From Psilocybe cubensis (taxonomy: Eukaryota): a DNA stretch of 64,000 bases. The notes beneath the pieces were generated by a model. The model was not told where the DNA came from. It searched no databases and was given only the letters and a program-made list of their open reading frames with translations. A program made the translations under genes and the position numbers. Where the stretch lies: NCBI GenBank assembly GCA_017499595.2, contig CM039002.1:372001-436000 (forward strand). The letters run 5' to 3'. Below are positions 1 to 14,124 of this stretch, in pieces; the first letter of the stretch is position 1; every line of letters begins with the position of its first letter.

Positions 1-175
1 GACTATTGTATTTGTTGTACCACAACCAACACCAACCCAACAGCGTTCATTGTACATTTCAATTCATTATATTGAAGGAGGTTATCTGGTTGAAACTTTT
101 CACAAGCTCCGATAACCGCAAAGCTACGCGCACAACGGTGTACAAGAAGTCGAACAACGTCTTCAACTTCACGGA

Positions 176-1399
176 ATGGACGGTGCCATCGAAGACGAAA
201 AAAAGCCATTTGACGCCGAAACAGCGCAGGACGATGATGCGCAGCCTGATCCCGATGAACATTTGATGCTGAATCAGGGCTCTGGAGCTGTATGGATTGT
301 CAAGGTGCGCTTGAGTAGACAGACCCTATCTTCACGCGCTTGAGCTGGCCCCCAGGTTCCCAAATTTTTGATGGAACGCTGGTCTGCGGTGAACGCAGAA
401 GATGTGCATCTCGCTACGATACGCCTATACCAACTACCAGACGGGAAGCAACGCGTTGTGTTGTTCCTACCACCTAACCGAGATCCTTCCATACCACCTT
501 CTTCTCAACCACCACCTCCGGAGAACCCCAATAGACCTACCTTTGACCCCTCCGCGTACACAACCTATACGGCTTTGGGTTCGGAACCGGATTGCTACGA
601 ACTCGATTTGGTCATTGAGGATGTTCAAAACCAGGTCGTGGTCGCCGAACGGCCCAAAGATGCCTCCACGTCTGCATTTTCATCTTCCTCCCAACCCACC
701 CCTCCAAATAGCCGTGCGCGTACGACGATCTTGACTGGGAAAATAAAAAACGAATTCAACATGCGTCCGGCTCTTACCGCCACGTATCGCAAGCAAATGA
801 GAGAGCGCCATAGAAAGGCCAATACACCGGCGAGGCAGATCAGGATGATTGACGAGGCTGGAGTGCCAGGTGGCAGAGGAGGTGTGAACAGACTGAGCAG
901 TGGCGTTGGCGTGGGGTCTGGGAATGCATTTGGGGATCTTATTGTGCGTTCTTTCATCTTGATATTTTTCCTTTGTTTACATCCCACAGCGCACAAAACC
1001 AAAACCTGCCAAGGGTGCTTTCGAGCGCATGGCCCGCATGCCTCGCAATCAACTTCTCGACGCTCTTTTCTCACTGTTCCGAGAGTCTCCACGTTGGTCT
1101 ATTAAACCTTTGCGGGATAAAACACAACAACCAGAGGTATACCTGAAGGAGGTGTTACAAGAAATCGCAATGCTGCATAAGAGTGGCGAATATAATGGCT
1201 TGTGGGAATTGAAGGATGTTTTCAAAGAAGAAGGAAGCGTAAGTTGTTTGCTTTTGATGGAAAGCGATTACGCTGATACTTGGCTTAGATGAAAGCGGAG
1301 AATGTGCCTCTCACAGCTGGGACCAGTGGTGATGTCAAAATGGAAGACGATGATGATGACGACGACGACGAAGACGATGATATGGAGGAAGTTTCATAG
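176..1399 (+). CDS. TFG2: Transcription initiation factor IIF beta subunit (RAP30/Tfg2), multi-exon
   Basis: Spliced reading MDGAIEDEK...VWIVK|VPKFLMERW. C-terminal winged-helix segment RMPRNQLLDALFSLF...WSIKPLRDKTQQPEVYLKEVLQEIAMLHKSGEYNGLWELK. Acidic tail ends at TAG 1397-1399. Confidence 0.9.
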
Positions 1400-1901
1400 G
1401 TCATTTTTCGCATTTTATTCTATCCTATATCACCAGTGCACTTGTAAGTAATTTGTATCAACTATCACATTTCTCTTTCTGTCTGAGGCAATGCTCTCTC
1501 GGTGTTGTATGGCATGTTTCGGGCCGGGGCTCCAGGTGCATGGACGAAACACTCTCTGTTCCGGGAATCTGTTAATTTCTTCATCACCGTGAAGCTAATC
1601 TGTTCATGGCAATCATATTTTCCACTCTCGCGCATGCACCCTTTAGCACAGGCATCGATATCAGGTTTTCGTTTTCTCATGAGTTGCTGATGGCTTCTGA
1701 TGCGGTGTGTACGGGTTGTACCCAAGTACGATTGTAGTTGGCCACAACGCAGTGTCCATCTTATATGGTACCCTCTTTGTTCCTTCAAGAAAACATCTAT
1801 CTCTATGGAGACAATGGGGACATGTATGAGATATAAATTGGAGGTGTAGGTCGAGCTCAAATATTCATCTTCAGCTCTAACCACTTTTCGACCTCATAGA
1901 A

Positions 1902-4900
1902 ATGCTCTCTCCTTTTCAAGAACCTGTTAAATGGGATCACACCCCTGAAAGCCTCAGCGAAGAGGCGGATGCGGCCATTGCGCGTTTCAAGCGTGCGCTG
2001 GATAACGTCGCGTCGTTAAAACCAGAAGAATGCAATTTTGAATCTGTACGTCCTTCCTAACAATCACTCTTCCTATATTTTAACAATTTTTTTCCCTTCT
2101 TTTCCAGGTCTTCGTATGTGATCGTCATATCCGACGTCGACGTTGTAATATGACTGAGGGGATTGCCCCTTGAAATTAGGTTTTCATCGAATCTGAGCAA
2201 AGCACATACAATGCAAGCATCGACGTGCTTACATTTTATCAAAACGCGTCTGGGTCCCAAGCGCTCCGAGAAGCGTCCAGCAAGGCAGATTCGCGTTCTC
2301 GGGACTTTGAGGTTGAGCGCTCCATGCGGATGGATGTGTTCAATGCAAAGATTGCTGCAGAGAAGAATATCAAGGCAGAAGAAGGGAAATGGGAGGAAAT
2401 AGGCCTTGAGGGTAGAAGGCTTGTCGAAAAAATGGTAACGTTCATTTCGATTCGTGGGGTTGATTTGCTCATCAATTATCATATGCAGGTGTTGGAGGGA
2501 AAGAGGGCTGGCTTAGGCCTGCCGTCGGAAAAGCAGGATGAGCTTAAAATGCTGAAAAAAGAGTTGTCGCAAGCGACGTTGGAGTTTATGGTATTTCAAT
2601 TAGCTGGCACTGGCAAAGTTCAAGTCTATGATCTGATTTTTTATTTCATCGCAACTTAATCTCATATAGAAAAACTTCAACGAAGAGAATGTACGTTTGG
2701 GATTGAGCGATGCTTCGATATGCAAATGTTACTGACCTATGCTTCTTTATAGGGCAGTATATCCTTCACTAAAGAGGAGTTGAAAGGCGTCCCTGAGGGC
2801 ACGTTATCCGGGTATAGTAAACGCACCGTCACCTCTGTCAATGAATCGGGCGAGGAGATAGAGACGGAACAGTACATTGTATCGTTCAAGGGTCCCGACT
2901 ATTCACCAGTAGTGAGTACCCCACAAATTTTTATACTGCGACATACCTTTTCGCTTTTAGCCTTTGCGCCTGCTGATCCCTGTTTTCAACTTGTAACAAT
3001 TGTTAATTTCTAACGTTTTACCTTATATTTGTGTCAACATAGATGGGGTTCGCAGAGAACGCAGCTACGCGTAAACGGATACATGAAGCCGTTTCTTCGC
3101 GACTTGCTGTCAACGTTCCTATCATTTCTAAAATCATAAATCTCCGCCGCAAGATAGCCTTGTTACTTGGATACAAAAACTGGCGAGTATCGCTTTATAC
3201 GTACAAGAGACAGTAACTAGTTCTCAACTGACTTCATAGGGCTGATTATGTCACTGACGACCGGATGATCAAGTCGGGTAAAGCCGTCGAAGAGGTCAGT
3301 CCATCGCGTGTTTTCGTTACACTTGATACTTATCTTAGTATATCTCGTCTTCAGTTTCTCGACGGCCTGGCTACGAGCCTTCTCCCCTTCGGGCAAAAGG
3401 AGCGAGATACACTTCTCGCCATAAAACAAGCCGATTATGCATCTAGAAATCTCCCGCTAGACGATGCAGAGAAAGACAAATTTTACGTGTGGGACAATGG
3501 ATACTACGGTCGTTTGCACACTGAGCAAACGTTGAAGATCGACGCTCAGGCTGTGAAGGAACACTTCCCGGTAGAGAAGGTCGTGCCGGTTGTACTGGAG
3601 ATTTATCAGGATATGTTCAGAGTCAAGTTTGTGCGGCTGGAAGGAGCGAGTGTGTGGCACCCAGGCGAGTTATATGTTCTGTTCTATTCTTGGCGTTTCT
3701 TTAATTCTTGTAATGTTTTCATTTTTTCCTCGTATTTGAACACTAATAGACGTTCAAGCGTATGCTGTTTGGGAGAAGGACGCTGCGGACGGTGAGACGG
3801 GATTGATTGGTTACACATATTTGGATCTATACCCCCGTCGTACGTACTTCTCGCGGTTTGTAGCCGTTCCATGTTGAACATTCCTTTTACTACTAGCTGG
3901 AAAGTTCTCGCATATAGCAGTCTGGCCTCTGGTTCCGGGACGTATTCTCCCTTCCGGGCAGCGACAGTACCCCGTAAACGCGATGCTCGCCAACCTTGCT
4001 AGTCCGAATGCGAACACTGGAGCTGCAGCATTGATGCGGCACCATGATGTTGTGATGTTCTTCCACGAAATGGGACATGTTTTCCATGATTTGATGAGTA
4101 GGACGAAATATGGCAGGTTCCATGGCACTACGTATGATCTTTTATTCCTATAAAATGCAGTGTCGTGATTGAAATTATTTCAGAGGCGCACTTGATTTTG
4201 TCGAAATGCTAGAAAATTGGTATAGTCCCATCACTTCTCTAGACTGTTGGTTCTCCTAATTGGTGATTGTTAGGTGTTGGGAACCAAAGATTTTAAAGAA
4301 AATATCAAGCCATTATCAAACGGGAGAGCCTATACCCGACGAATTGGCAGAGAGTCTTGCAAAGAGGTAAATGTCCACTGACCATTTGTTCTATTCATCT
4401 TGAAATCTCTGTACACTGCTGATTCAAAATGTGACTTCTACTTCATTAACAGCCGCCTCCAGGACCGCGGTCTGTTTTATCTTCAACAAATCTTTAATTC
4501 AAAGTATGATTTGAAAGTGCATTATGATTGTGATCAACTCGGGTGTAAGTAGAGATCTAATTCATAACTTTATTTCTTCTCAATCCTGTTCTTCTGCACT
4601 AGCCCCGGAGGCGTATACCGCCTTGTGGAATAAGATCTATGGGGAGACATTGCCCTTAGATTACGACCAGGAATGTCCTGGTCACTGCGCATTTTCGCAT
4701 CTCGCTAGCGGATACGATGTGGGATATTACGGGTCTGTATCTAACCTTATCTTACCTTTATCTTTTCTCAATGTCTACTGCGACCAAAGCTATCAATACT
4801 CTCAAGTCTTTGCAGCAGATATGTATGGTGTGTAAAATGGTGGTCAAGTCTTGCAGACTGTAAAGCTGATTTTTATGCTTCATTTCTTTAGCTACTATTT

Positions 4901-5125
4901 TCAAGAGTGATCCATTGGACCCCTCCCGTGCCAAACTGTATCGAGAAAAGATCCTTATCCCAGGATCTACTCGTGACGAGCTCGATATTCTCGAGGTAAG
5001 AAAGTTTCGTAGCTTACTTGAAGCACACAAACTATGCTCTGTGGTCTAACATTCGATAGGAATTCTTGGGACGCCCCCCTAATAATGATGCTTTCAAGAG
5101 GCAACTATTCGGATCGACTGGGTAA
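1902..5125 (+). CDS. Peptidase M3A (thimet oligopeptidase/neurolysin/saccharolysin-like zinc metallopeptidase), many exons
   Basis: Motifs YLDLYPR, FFHEMGHVFH (HExxH), DFVE..MLENW, HLASGYDVGYYG and FLGRPPNNDAF across GT-AG spliced exons. Confidence 0.88.
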
Positions 5126-5899
5126 TTCAGATTTCAGAAAACATGTATATATCCAAAATCTTTGTTCTTTTTCGAAATGTATATCACCGCAAACGCCGCA
5201 AGGCAATGTCTATATTTGTGCACTATGTCGTGAAACCCAATCAAAAATGACGAAATTTTTACGTTTGGTCTACCGATGTTCATAAATTCAACATTTACAC
5301 AACTCGAGCTAGAACCAACGATCCGGGGTCTACGCAGTGACTTCAAAAACGCCGACAACGGTGTCCTGGTATGTTTTCTAAATTGCAGAACACTTTATAG
5401 TTTATACAGTTGCATGACAAGCATACGTACATGTTCTGGTCTCTTTTTTGGTGCCAATGATTTTCCCAACTCAGCAGAATTTACTTAGTGAGTTCAATGG
5501 TGATGAAGTTATGATCTTTGTGTTTTTCAATATCTTGACGGTGGCGGTAGCCTATATCCAGAGTGGCCAAGTTGCTCAATAATTTGAATTGGGAACCTCA
5601 ATATCTGGAACACGAAGCCTTGCTGAACGACTTTTCTTTGCGCCGATGGCACGGGCCTGAGATCGTTGATTTTAATTTGACGCTAGTGCAGCTTCTGGCT
5701 TCAAACGCTTAATGTCAGCTGTTACGACATCCGAAGCACTATAACGGCGAAAATTTCAACATACAACTCATATAAAGTATGAGTCCCTCAGTCAAGTGCG
5801 TCCTTAGAGTATCTTCTCGAAGTTACCGCCCACCTCCCACTGTCTTTTCTCCTGCTCAAAACCAGTCACTCTTTTACCCATCCAATCATATCATCTAAA

Positions 5900-6769
5900 A
5901 TGTTCAAACTCACTATCGCATTCGTCTCTATTGTCCTCTTCCACGGCGTGTTCGCCGCACCGGTTCTCCTCACCACTGCAAATTCTGAGGCTACTCACGC
6001 CGCGATTAGAAACCGTATGCAAACAATCAGTGTCTTTGCGAGATAACTGACATATTATGGCGCTGTTCCAGGTGGCCTCTTGGGTGGCATTGATGCTGGC
6101 ACCATCTTCGAGGATCTCGACCCCGAGCCCAGACAAGAACCTGGACTTCTCGGTTCGTCCGTTGGATCCCTGCCTCCCACCTCTGGTGCTCCTGTCGCCA
6201 CAACCAGGCGCAGAGCAGTTTCAGTTGCGGGGGCCTTCGATAACTTTTTAAACAACCTCCTCGGTGGCACACAGGACCAGGGCTCTTCTCAGAGGAGGGA
6301 AGACGCTCTGCCTTTCTCTTTCGATGGGCTAACCGCTGCGCTTGGTGGCTCTACTCCTAGCAATGTCGAGTCCCCGTCGAAGAGACAACTTTTGGGTGAT
6401 CTTGTCGATGATGGTCAATTGGATAACTTGCTTGGTCGACAGATTCTCGGTCCCGTCGTTGCTGAAGCTGGTGAACTTGTCGGCCAGGAATTGACACCTC
6501 CTGCTGGTGAGGATAGGCGCGCACTTGTCGATACTCTCACAGATGCTTCGGATGAGGACAACGGTGATGACGAAGATGGAGACAACGACGACGACGACGA
6601 CAATGGGGAAGACGATGGTGGAGACGACGCCGGCAATGACGGTGACGATGGTGCCCAAAATGGTGACGACAATGGTGAAGATGGCTCAGACGTTGATAGT
6701 CGAAGCAATGCCGCCTTGCCAGTCGTCCCTGGCTTCGAGACCTCTGGTTCTCCGATTACCAACTTGTAA
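5900..6769 (+). CDS. Secreted acidic low-complexity protein with repeated basic (Kex2-like) sites
   Basis: Signal peptide MFKLTIAFVSIVLFHGVFA, one intron (~6015-6071), then the 6080-6769 ORF frame with LLG repeats, RR/KR sites and a D/G/E-rich tract. Confidence 0.75.
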
Positions 6770-8108
6770 AAGTATGGATTGGATTGGTGTATAGTCATAT
6801 ACTGGTGCCACGACAGTTTCGTGTAGATATTATTGCGTCCAATATCTACTTCACATTCTTTACTTGTGCTTTAGTTTCAATGCTTTTTATCTGCGTTTAT
6901 TTTCTCTATTTCACTCATGTTTATTCATATTGACTGGGAATGTAACCTGTAATTAAAATCTAATCGTGTTGTTATGTTTAACATTGGATTCAATTGAATT
7001 ACTTACATGATTTTGTTTTGATTGTCACAATTTAAAACACTCGTATTGGGCTCTCTACCGGGGCTTCATGCTGATTCTTGGTTTTGGAACTTTTGGAAGT
7101 TGGTCGTTAGCATGAAAGTGAACCCCTGCTGAGCCCCTATTTATCCCGTGACCATGACCAAATCTTCAAGGGCAAACACACAGAAGTCTTTTTGTACTCG
7201 AACAACATCGACTTGTATCACTTTGTAACTATACGCTACCTGGGTGACGCTCTGTTACCTGAATAAGAGGGCCCAGCAGTTCCGCCTTTAATTCTTACGT
7301 TTAGATGGGGGCCAGGAGATGGGGGGCTCGTAACGGAGTTTTTTCCGGATTTTTTGTGGGTGGCATTAGATTGGCAGGTTTTTCATCTGACCTTCCCTAT
7401 ATCTCGCAGGAACAACGAATACACTAATTGGATGCTATGGACAAAGCTTAGCGTTTCCATTTAACTCTTCATTCTCGTGCTTTTTATGCTTGCCTCGAGT
7501 ATCAACCTGCGTTCGTGGAGAAAAACGCCGGGAGTAGACTCAAATTCGCGTATTGGTCCCTTACAACCCGATTGCAGCTACGCTTAGTTTCAACACTAAA
7601 TCGCTCTTTCCTTCCTCCAATTGGAGAGGACCATCCTTTACAATACAGTGGCGCGTCAGGTTCATCTTCTCGCGTGATGTGTTACCAAACTAATCTACAC
7701 TGCGCATTCCTGATGAGGAGTATAACGTTCTGAATCCACCACCCTAGAGGAACCTATTCGGATGTCTATCTTTCTACAAAATGTTCTCAAACTGTTTGTT
7801 TGTGAGTTGCCACTCTTTTCCCTCTGGTTCTTGTCTCCGCTTTCTCTGTGTCCTCACCTCAGACAGTGCGTTAGTATGCTTTTTGAACGTCGTTCTTCTC
7901 TTCCGCGGAGGGCAATGGTAGCGGGTCAGTATGCGCGTTAGGCTGTCAAACTGATCCGACCCTGGTCTACAATTCATTATGTACATATGCTCGCAGATCA
8001 TGTTGCCTACGCTATCAGTGAACCGAAGTAGCTCCACCCGTCGGCAAGGAGGCTAGCCGAGGATGTATAACAATCCTTCACCAACTCTCTGCCTTGCATT
8101 TACTCACT

Positions 8109-9677
8109 ATGTCCAGGCATCTACCTCAGGAGCTTAACGATGAAATCATGCATTACCTCTGGGACGACACTTTGGCGCTAAAATCATGTTCACTTGCCTG
8201 CCGGTCGTTCCGCAAAATATGCCAAAGGTTCTTGTTTTCGAGCATCGTTATCTACCCACCGTCGTACAGAAAACAATGGATATCCACCGCGTTTCAAGAT
8301 CTTCTGGAATCCTCACCTCACCTCGCACAATATGTACGATATCTGAATGTAATCGACCGCCATACTGCACCCAAGGTTTCCGACGAATGGTTGTCGAGAG
8401 ACACGGCTCTCGTTGCTTGTCTACCGCAACTCCTAAACCTCCGGGGTTTGGTCATACAATATCAAAAATATTACTACTACAACATCCCAGGCGTCTGGTC
8501 GCAAATGATGCGTTCTGGATTGGTTGCTGCCATATACGAGGTTATGCACCTGCCGAAATTCAGATTTTTAGATTTGACGGGATTTCCACTTGACCTGGTG
8601 AAGTACTGCCCGAACCTACGCCACCTCGCCGTCGACGACCCAATATTAATCAAAGTCAATTTGGGACACATTGACAATACCACATTCCAAAAAATCCAGC
8701 TGGAATCGCTTGAGGTATTCGCTCACGAGATATATTCCCTGCAGATTATTCCAGACGCGGACACATTTGACTACAAATATCCTGAGGCGTTCGTGAAGCT
8801 CTGCAACGAAAGTATTGATATCACCCAGCTGAAACGGCTGCACGCAAGCGCTGAAGGGTGCAGTCAGGCGGGCGGACATGGATTGCTCGCGTACATCATG
8901 CACGCATGCGCAGAGTCTCTCCAGGAACTCGTATTCTCTCCTTCGAACGGCAGTGAGTAGGTGGCTTCTCACCTTTATTTCTACAGCGGCTTCTTGACCA
9001 GCCACATTTTTTTGTTGTTTTTTATTTTCGTTTACGTGTAGTTTCGTGGGGAGGCGAAAAAACAGAAACGATCGACTGGGGTGCGATGACCGCGCTCCGC
9101 AAGCTCGACGTGAGCTTCACCTGGGAAGGCTCCGACGGCGGGTACGATTACACTGGTCCATGGCCCTGGTTCCTAAGCGTCTGCGGACAACTCTTCCCGC
9201 CTAACGTTGCCTCCACGCTCGAACAGTTTAATCTACACATTAAATACGACGTGGAGGACAACGACCCGTCCCTTGGACTCGGACCAATCCCCGACGCTAC
9301 GTTCTCAGGTTCCTCTGAGTCGCCGGTTGGGCACTCGGATGACAATTGGCGCGTGCTGCTCGATATACTGGGCGACCGCAAGCGCCTCCCACGCTTATAT
9401 AAAGTTGATATCCAGCTTTCGGCGTACGGGAAGGACATGAGCCAGCGGATTTCGACAGGACTTTCACAATTGATCAGAAACATGCCGTCCGTGCAGCCCA
9501 CTTTATCTGTCACTGTCCTAGAAGGCATGTGTTGACGACACTCTCCTATGAATACTTGCGTTCAATGTGCTCATTGCCTTAGCACCTATAGACATATACC
9601 AGAACGACAGATTCCCTGGTCTGCCTCCACTTGCTGACCCAGAATGGACCAAAACCTTTTTCAGGACGTGGTGGTAA
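8109..9677 (+). CDS. F-box-like protein with LRR-like C-terminal region (agaricomycete expanded family)
   Basis: N-terminal LPQELNDEIMHYL...LKSCSLACRSF...QRFLF F-box motif and LxxLxL repeats. The last exon is inferred through a possible GC-AG intron at ~9525-9581. Confidence 0.7.
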
Positions 9678-10217
9678 TGGAATCTAGCATTCTGTTAAAT
9701 CCGTCAACCTATCGAGTCCCCAAATTCTCAACAAACGATCATCAACAGAGTTGGGGATGGATATGTATTGGAAAAATGACAGAAATGTAAAAACACCTTT
9801 TTCTAAAATACATGCAAGCGCTAGTGAGAGTAGTTGAAAGAACCTAGCTAGTCAAAAACGAGGAAAGAAAAGAAACAATCTCGAAAGCAACTCCAAGCTC
9901 GAATGCATCGCTGTTCTTTTCAGCTATAAGAGTAAGAGGAGAAGGGAGAAGGGACCGACTTAATCTATATATGTGTGTATGATAAGTACGTTATGTATGA
10001 TGCTGCATTGCGTTAATAATTGTGGAGGATGGGGGATGAGGGTTGTTGTTGTTTGTACTTTGATAGGTAACTCGTATACTTATGCTTATGCAAATGAAGT
10101 CAAAAGGACATTAAAATCACAAAAGAAGAAAGAAAGAAAAGGTAGAAACACACAAAAAATGAAGCATCCTCGCCACACAACTCAAAAAGAAAAAAACCCT
10201 CTCTCTCACCTAACTTA

Positions 10218-13200
10218 TCACTCAACCGGTAGCGTATCCTTCCACCGCTCCGTAATTTCGGCGCCCTTAAATACTTCATGCAGTACCTCATTGACACTCT
10301 CCACATACACGAATCGGATCCCAGTCTTGACGCTCTCGGGCACGTTCTCCTCGATATCCGCACGGTTCGCCGCGGGGGCTAGGATCGTCGTTATTCCTGC
10401 CCGATGAGCTGCGAGGATCTTCTCTTTGAGGCCACCAACAGGAAGGACCTGACCGACGAGCGATATCTCTCCCGTCATAGCTAGAAATCAAACAAAAATA
10501 TAAATCTTTAGCGAAAAAAACTAGGATTAATCATGAAATTACACACCGATGTCAGGATTGATCTTCGTTTTGGTGAACAACGACACGAAAGCCGAAAGGA
10601 TAGCTGTTCCTGCACTGGGGCCCTCTTTGCCAATGCTGCCTTCTGGCATGTGTACATGCACATCCCTATCCGTCAAGAATTGTTCGTCGACCGACTGCGT
10701 GATACCCAGGTCATACGCGTGCGCGCGCACCCAACTCAAACCGATCTGCGCGCTCTCGCGGATAACTTCACCGAGTTTTCCAGTTAACTGGAGAGCACCT
10801 TTGCCTGGCATACTCTGAAATTATCACACACAAAAAACGTAAGTTTCCTGCATTCTCCATAAATCAGTAAACGAGAAATGAGATAACATACCATAGCCTC
10901 GATAGGCATAACAGCCCCACTTCCATTGCCCAGATATCCCAATCCTGTACTAACACCAGGAGGCGGCGGCTTCGCGTACATGCGATCCTTCTGGTACACC
11001 GGCGGGCCCACATACTCCTTCAAATTTTCAGGGGTGATGCGCACGTGCACATCGGGTGGGATGTGCATCGGGCGACGTTCGGTCGTGGTCACCGGAATCT
11101 CTTCTGGCGTCGCGGAGGTCGAAGGAGAAGAAGAGGATGAGGGTGAGGGATGAGGCTTGTCGGCGTCGGGCTCGTTCGGCGGGGGTTCTTGAGATGGGAC
11201 GGTTTCAACGGGCGGCGGTACAGTTTCGGGTTCGGTAACGGCAGGCTTATCCTCTGTAGGCTTGGTCTCATCGGCAGCTGTGGTGCTAGTGGCGTCAGCA
11301 GCACCAGCGGGCGCTGGTGGCTCAGGCAGCTTCTCCTCTCCCAGATCCTGCACAAGCTTCAATGCCGCCTTCCTATATATCTATTTTGTTTTTTGTGAAA
11401 AAATAAGTCGAATGCCTAAATCCAGAAAAACTATGACGCACCTTCTCAATACACTTCTTCAAATTCCTCACCCCGCTCTCTCTACAATAATATCTAATCA
11501 AGACATCTACCGCCTCATCCTCAACCTGCACATCTACGTCCCCAAGACCACTAGCAACCTTTGCCTGAGGCCCGAGGTACCGCTGGGCGATGACAGCTTT
11601 CTCCTCGGAGACGTAGCCGGAAACCTCGAGCACTTCCATGCGGTCGAGTAATGGCGCGGGGATGGTGTCGAGGTTGTTAGCGGTACATACGAAGAGGACG
11701 CGCGAAAGGTCAACGGGAACGTCCATGCTAATATTACGTGTCAGTAAAGTAGAGGAGACGGACTGCACTGTCGCTCACTAATGGTCCAAGAAGCTGTTAT
11801 TCTGTTCCGGGTCCAACATCTCCAGAAGTGCACTCGCGGGATCTCCATTGATGCCTCGTCCAATCTTGTCAACTTCGTCGATGAGCACGAGCGGGTTCTC
11901 AGTTTCTACGCGTTTGAGTGCTTGGATGATCTTGCCTGGCAATGCGCTGAACAAGTAAAGATGAGCCCTCCGCGAAACTGCAAAGAACAGCAAACACGTA
12001 CCCAACATATGTCCTCCGATGCCCCTTAATCTCCGCCACATCCGTCAAGCCTCCCACACTGAACCTGAAGAATTGCCTGCCCAACGCCCGCGCAATACTC
12101 TTCCCGATACTCGTCTTACCCACACCGGGAGGTCCAACGAGGCAGATAATCTTGCCTTGCACGGTACCGCGTAGCTTGCCGACGGCGAGGAACTCGAGAA
12201 TGCGCGATTTGATGTCGGAGAGACCGTAGTGGTCTTCGTTGAGTACGGCTTGCGCATGTGGGAGGGAGTAGTTCTCCGGTGTATGACGGCCCCATGGAAT
12301 CTGTTCAAGGATTAGAGTAGTCATTAGATAGAAAGGAAACACGCACTTGTGTCAACCAGTCAAGATAATTTCTCGTTACATTGGCCTCGCTTGCAGCTGG
12401 CTCAAGTCCCTGCAGCTTGGCCAGCTCTTCCTCGAACACCTTGCGCACACCGTCAGGCATCTTCAGCGCCGCCGCACGCTCTCTGAATTTCTCAATCAAC
12501 TTGTCCTTCCCATCACTTTCCATGCCCAGTTCCTTCTTGATACCTTTGAGTTGCTCCATCAAGTAATACTCCCGCTGGCGCTTCGCAATCTTGCTATCCA
12601 CGTCCCTCGAAAGCTTGCTCTGCAACTGCGCATTGATCAGCTCCTTTTTCAGCACCAACAGCGCCTTTCGCAGCCGCTCATCCACGACCAGCGACTCGAG
12701 CACATCCTGCAGCTCCTGCACCTCGCCTGTCGACACCGCCGCCGCAAAGTCCGCAAGCTTGTCTGGCTCGTCAAACACGTTCGCGGCGACCTGGTTGATC
12801 GAAAAATTGGTGATCTGGTCGCGGAAGAGCGGGTTCAGCTGCGCAATATCCTTGAACACGGACACAATCTCGGACATGAACGCGCGTATGTACTGGTCAT
12901 CCTTGTTGTACGGCTGTGTGTGCAGATTCTCCACGTTCACAATCGACACGTCGTGTTTGTGCAAGAATGCGGTTTGTACTGGGCCTGAGTGAATATATAA
13001 GTGTAAAACTAAATGCAAAGTGAACCAACTTGCCTTGATCGACTTTATCCTGTTTAGACGGCGGTGGTGTAGGCGGTGGCGTTGGTGGTTCCACAGTCTG
13101 CGGCTCCTCCTGCTGCTCAACTTCCTCTATGCGTGCACCACCAGCCTTGACCAATTCCGTAATTTTGATCCTTCGATGCGGATACAACACCGCAGTCAGA

Positions 13201-13841
13201 CCTTCCTCCTTGTCCTCCTCACCACGTCCTGCAGCCGCAAAGACGCTAGTGATCTGCGCAAACACCCCGACCGAATGCACCGAATTGATGTCCGTGATGA
13301 CGTCGCTGTCCGTATTCTCGTCCTTGAGCAGGAACGCGCCGAGATATGGCTGCCCACGCTTCATCATCTCCTTGATAGCAGATACCACAGCGGGGTTGCG
13401 GATCACCACTGCCTTGTAAAAGCCGGGGAAAAGGGGGCGGCGCGCAATGGGCAGCGCGAGCATCTGCGGGTACAGTTCCGGCACCGACTGCTTCGCTATT
13501 GAACCTGGGGCACCTGGGGGCGGGGACGAGGAGGAAGACGGGGCATCATGTGAAGCCGATGAGGGCTGGTTCGAAGACGAGGGTGAAGACGGAGCGGGAG
13601 GTTTCGTGTCAGGCTCTTCTGGTTGTTCTTTCCCTCCATCCTCCTTCTCTCCCTCCTCAGGTGATGTCGGGGGCGTTTCTTGTGGTGTCTTGGGGTTCAC
13701 CCATCGTGGAGACTTCAGGGCCGAAGGATTCCTCACGAAAAGCGCAGACGAAACAGAAAACGGGCGTTGGATATAACCCGCTCGTGGTGGCAGCCCGTAG
13801 CGAAGAGCCGGGACCGACCGGAAGAGGGCGAAGCGGCTCAT
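10218..13841 (-). CDS. PIM1: Mitochondrial Lon protease
   Basis: Arg-rich presequence, [12 protein letters not shown]-domain, Walker [10 protein letters not shown], Walker B LIDEVDK, catalytic EGPSAG and VGGLKEK. Confidence 0.97.
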
Positions 13842-14124
13842 GAATCTGCGCCAGGCCGCACCAAGTGTTCAGCAAAGTGTCGACGGCGACGAAGAAAATG
13901 CGTCTTCGTCGTCCTATGTGATGTGCAGCGTCGTGTGGAAGAAAAGTTTTGGGTAGCAGGCACGGCACCGGCGTTGATGACGCAGCCCCCATACGACTTA
14001 CAAAGCTTCCAAATCAAGTTCGGCTTTCTCTCGGCTTTCTCATCCCCGAGATTAAGCGCCTGCTCGGCGACATATCAGTGAAGAATTTCGCTTGATTTCG
14101 TTAGATTGGGGGAGAAGAGGTAAG

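Noticed and set aside
10935-11362. Pro/Ser/Thr/Glu-rich insertion in Lon as a novel domain
   Set aside because: Low-complexity charged inserts between the AAA+ and protease domains are usual in fungal PIM1.
10549-14081. Many long plus-strand ORFs overlapping PIM1
   Set aside because: Antisense shadows of a GC-rich, codon-biased gene with no recognisable motifs.
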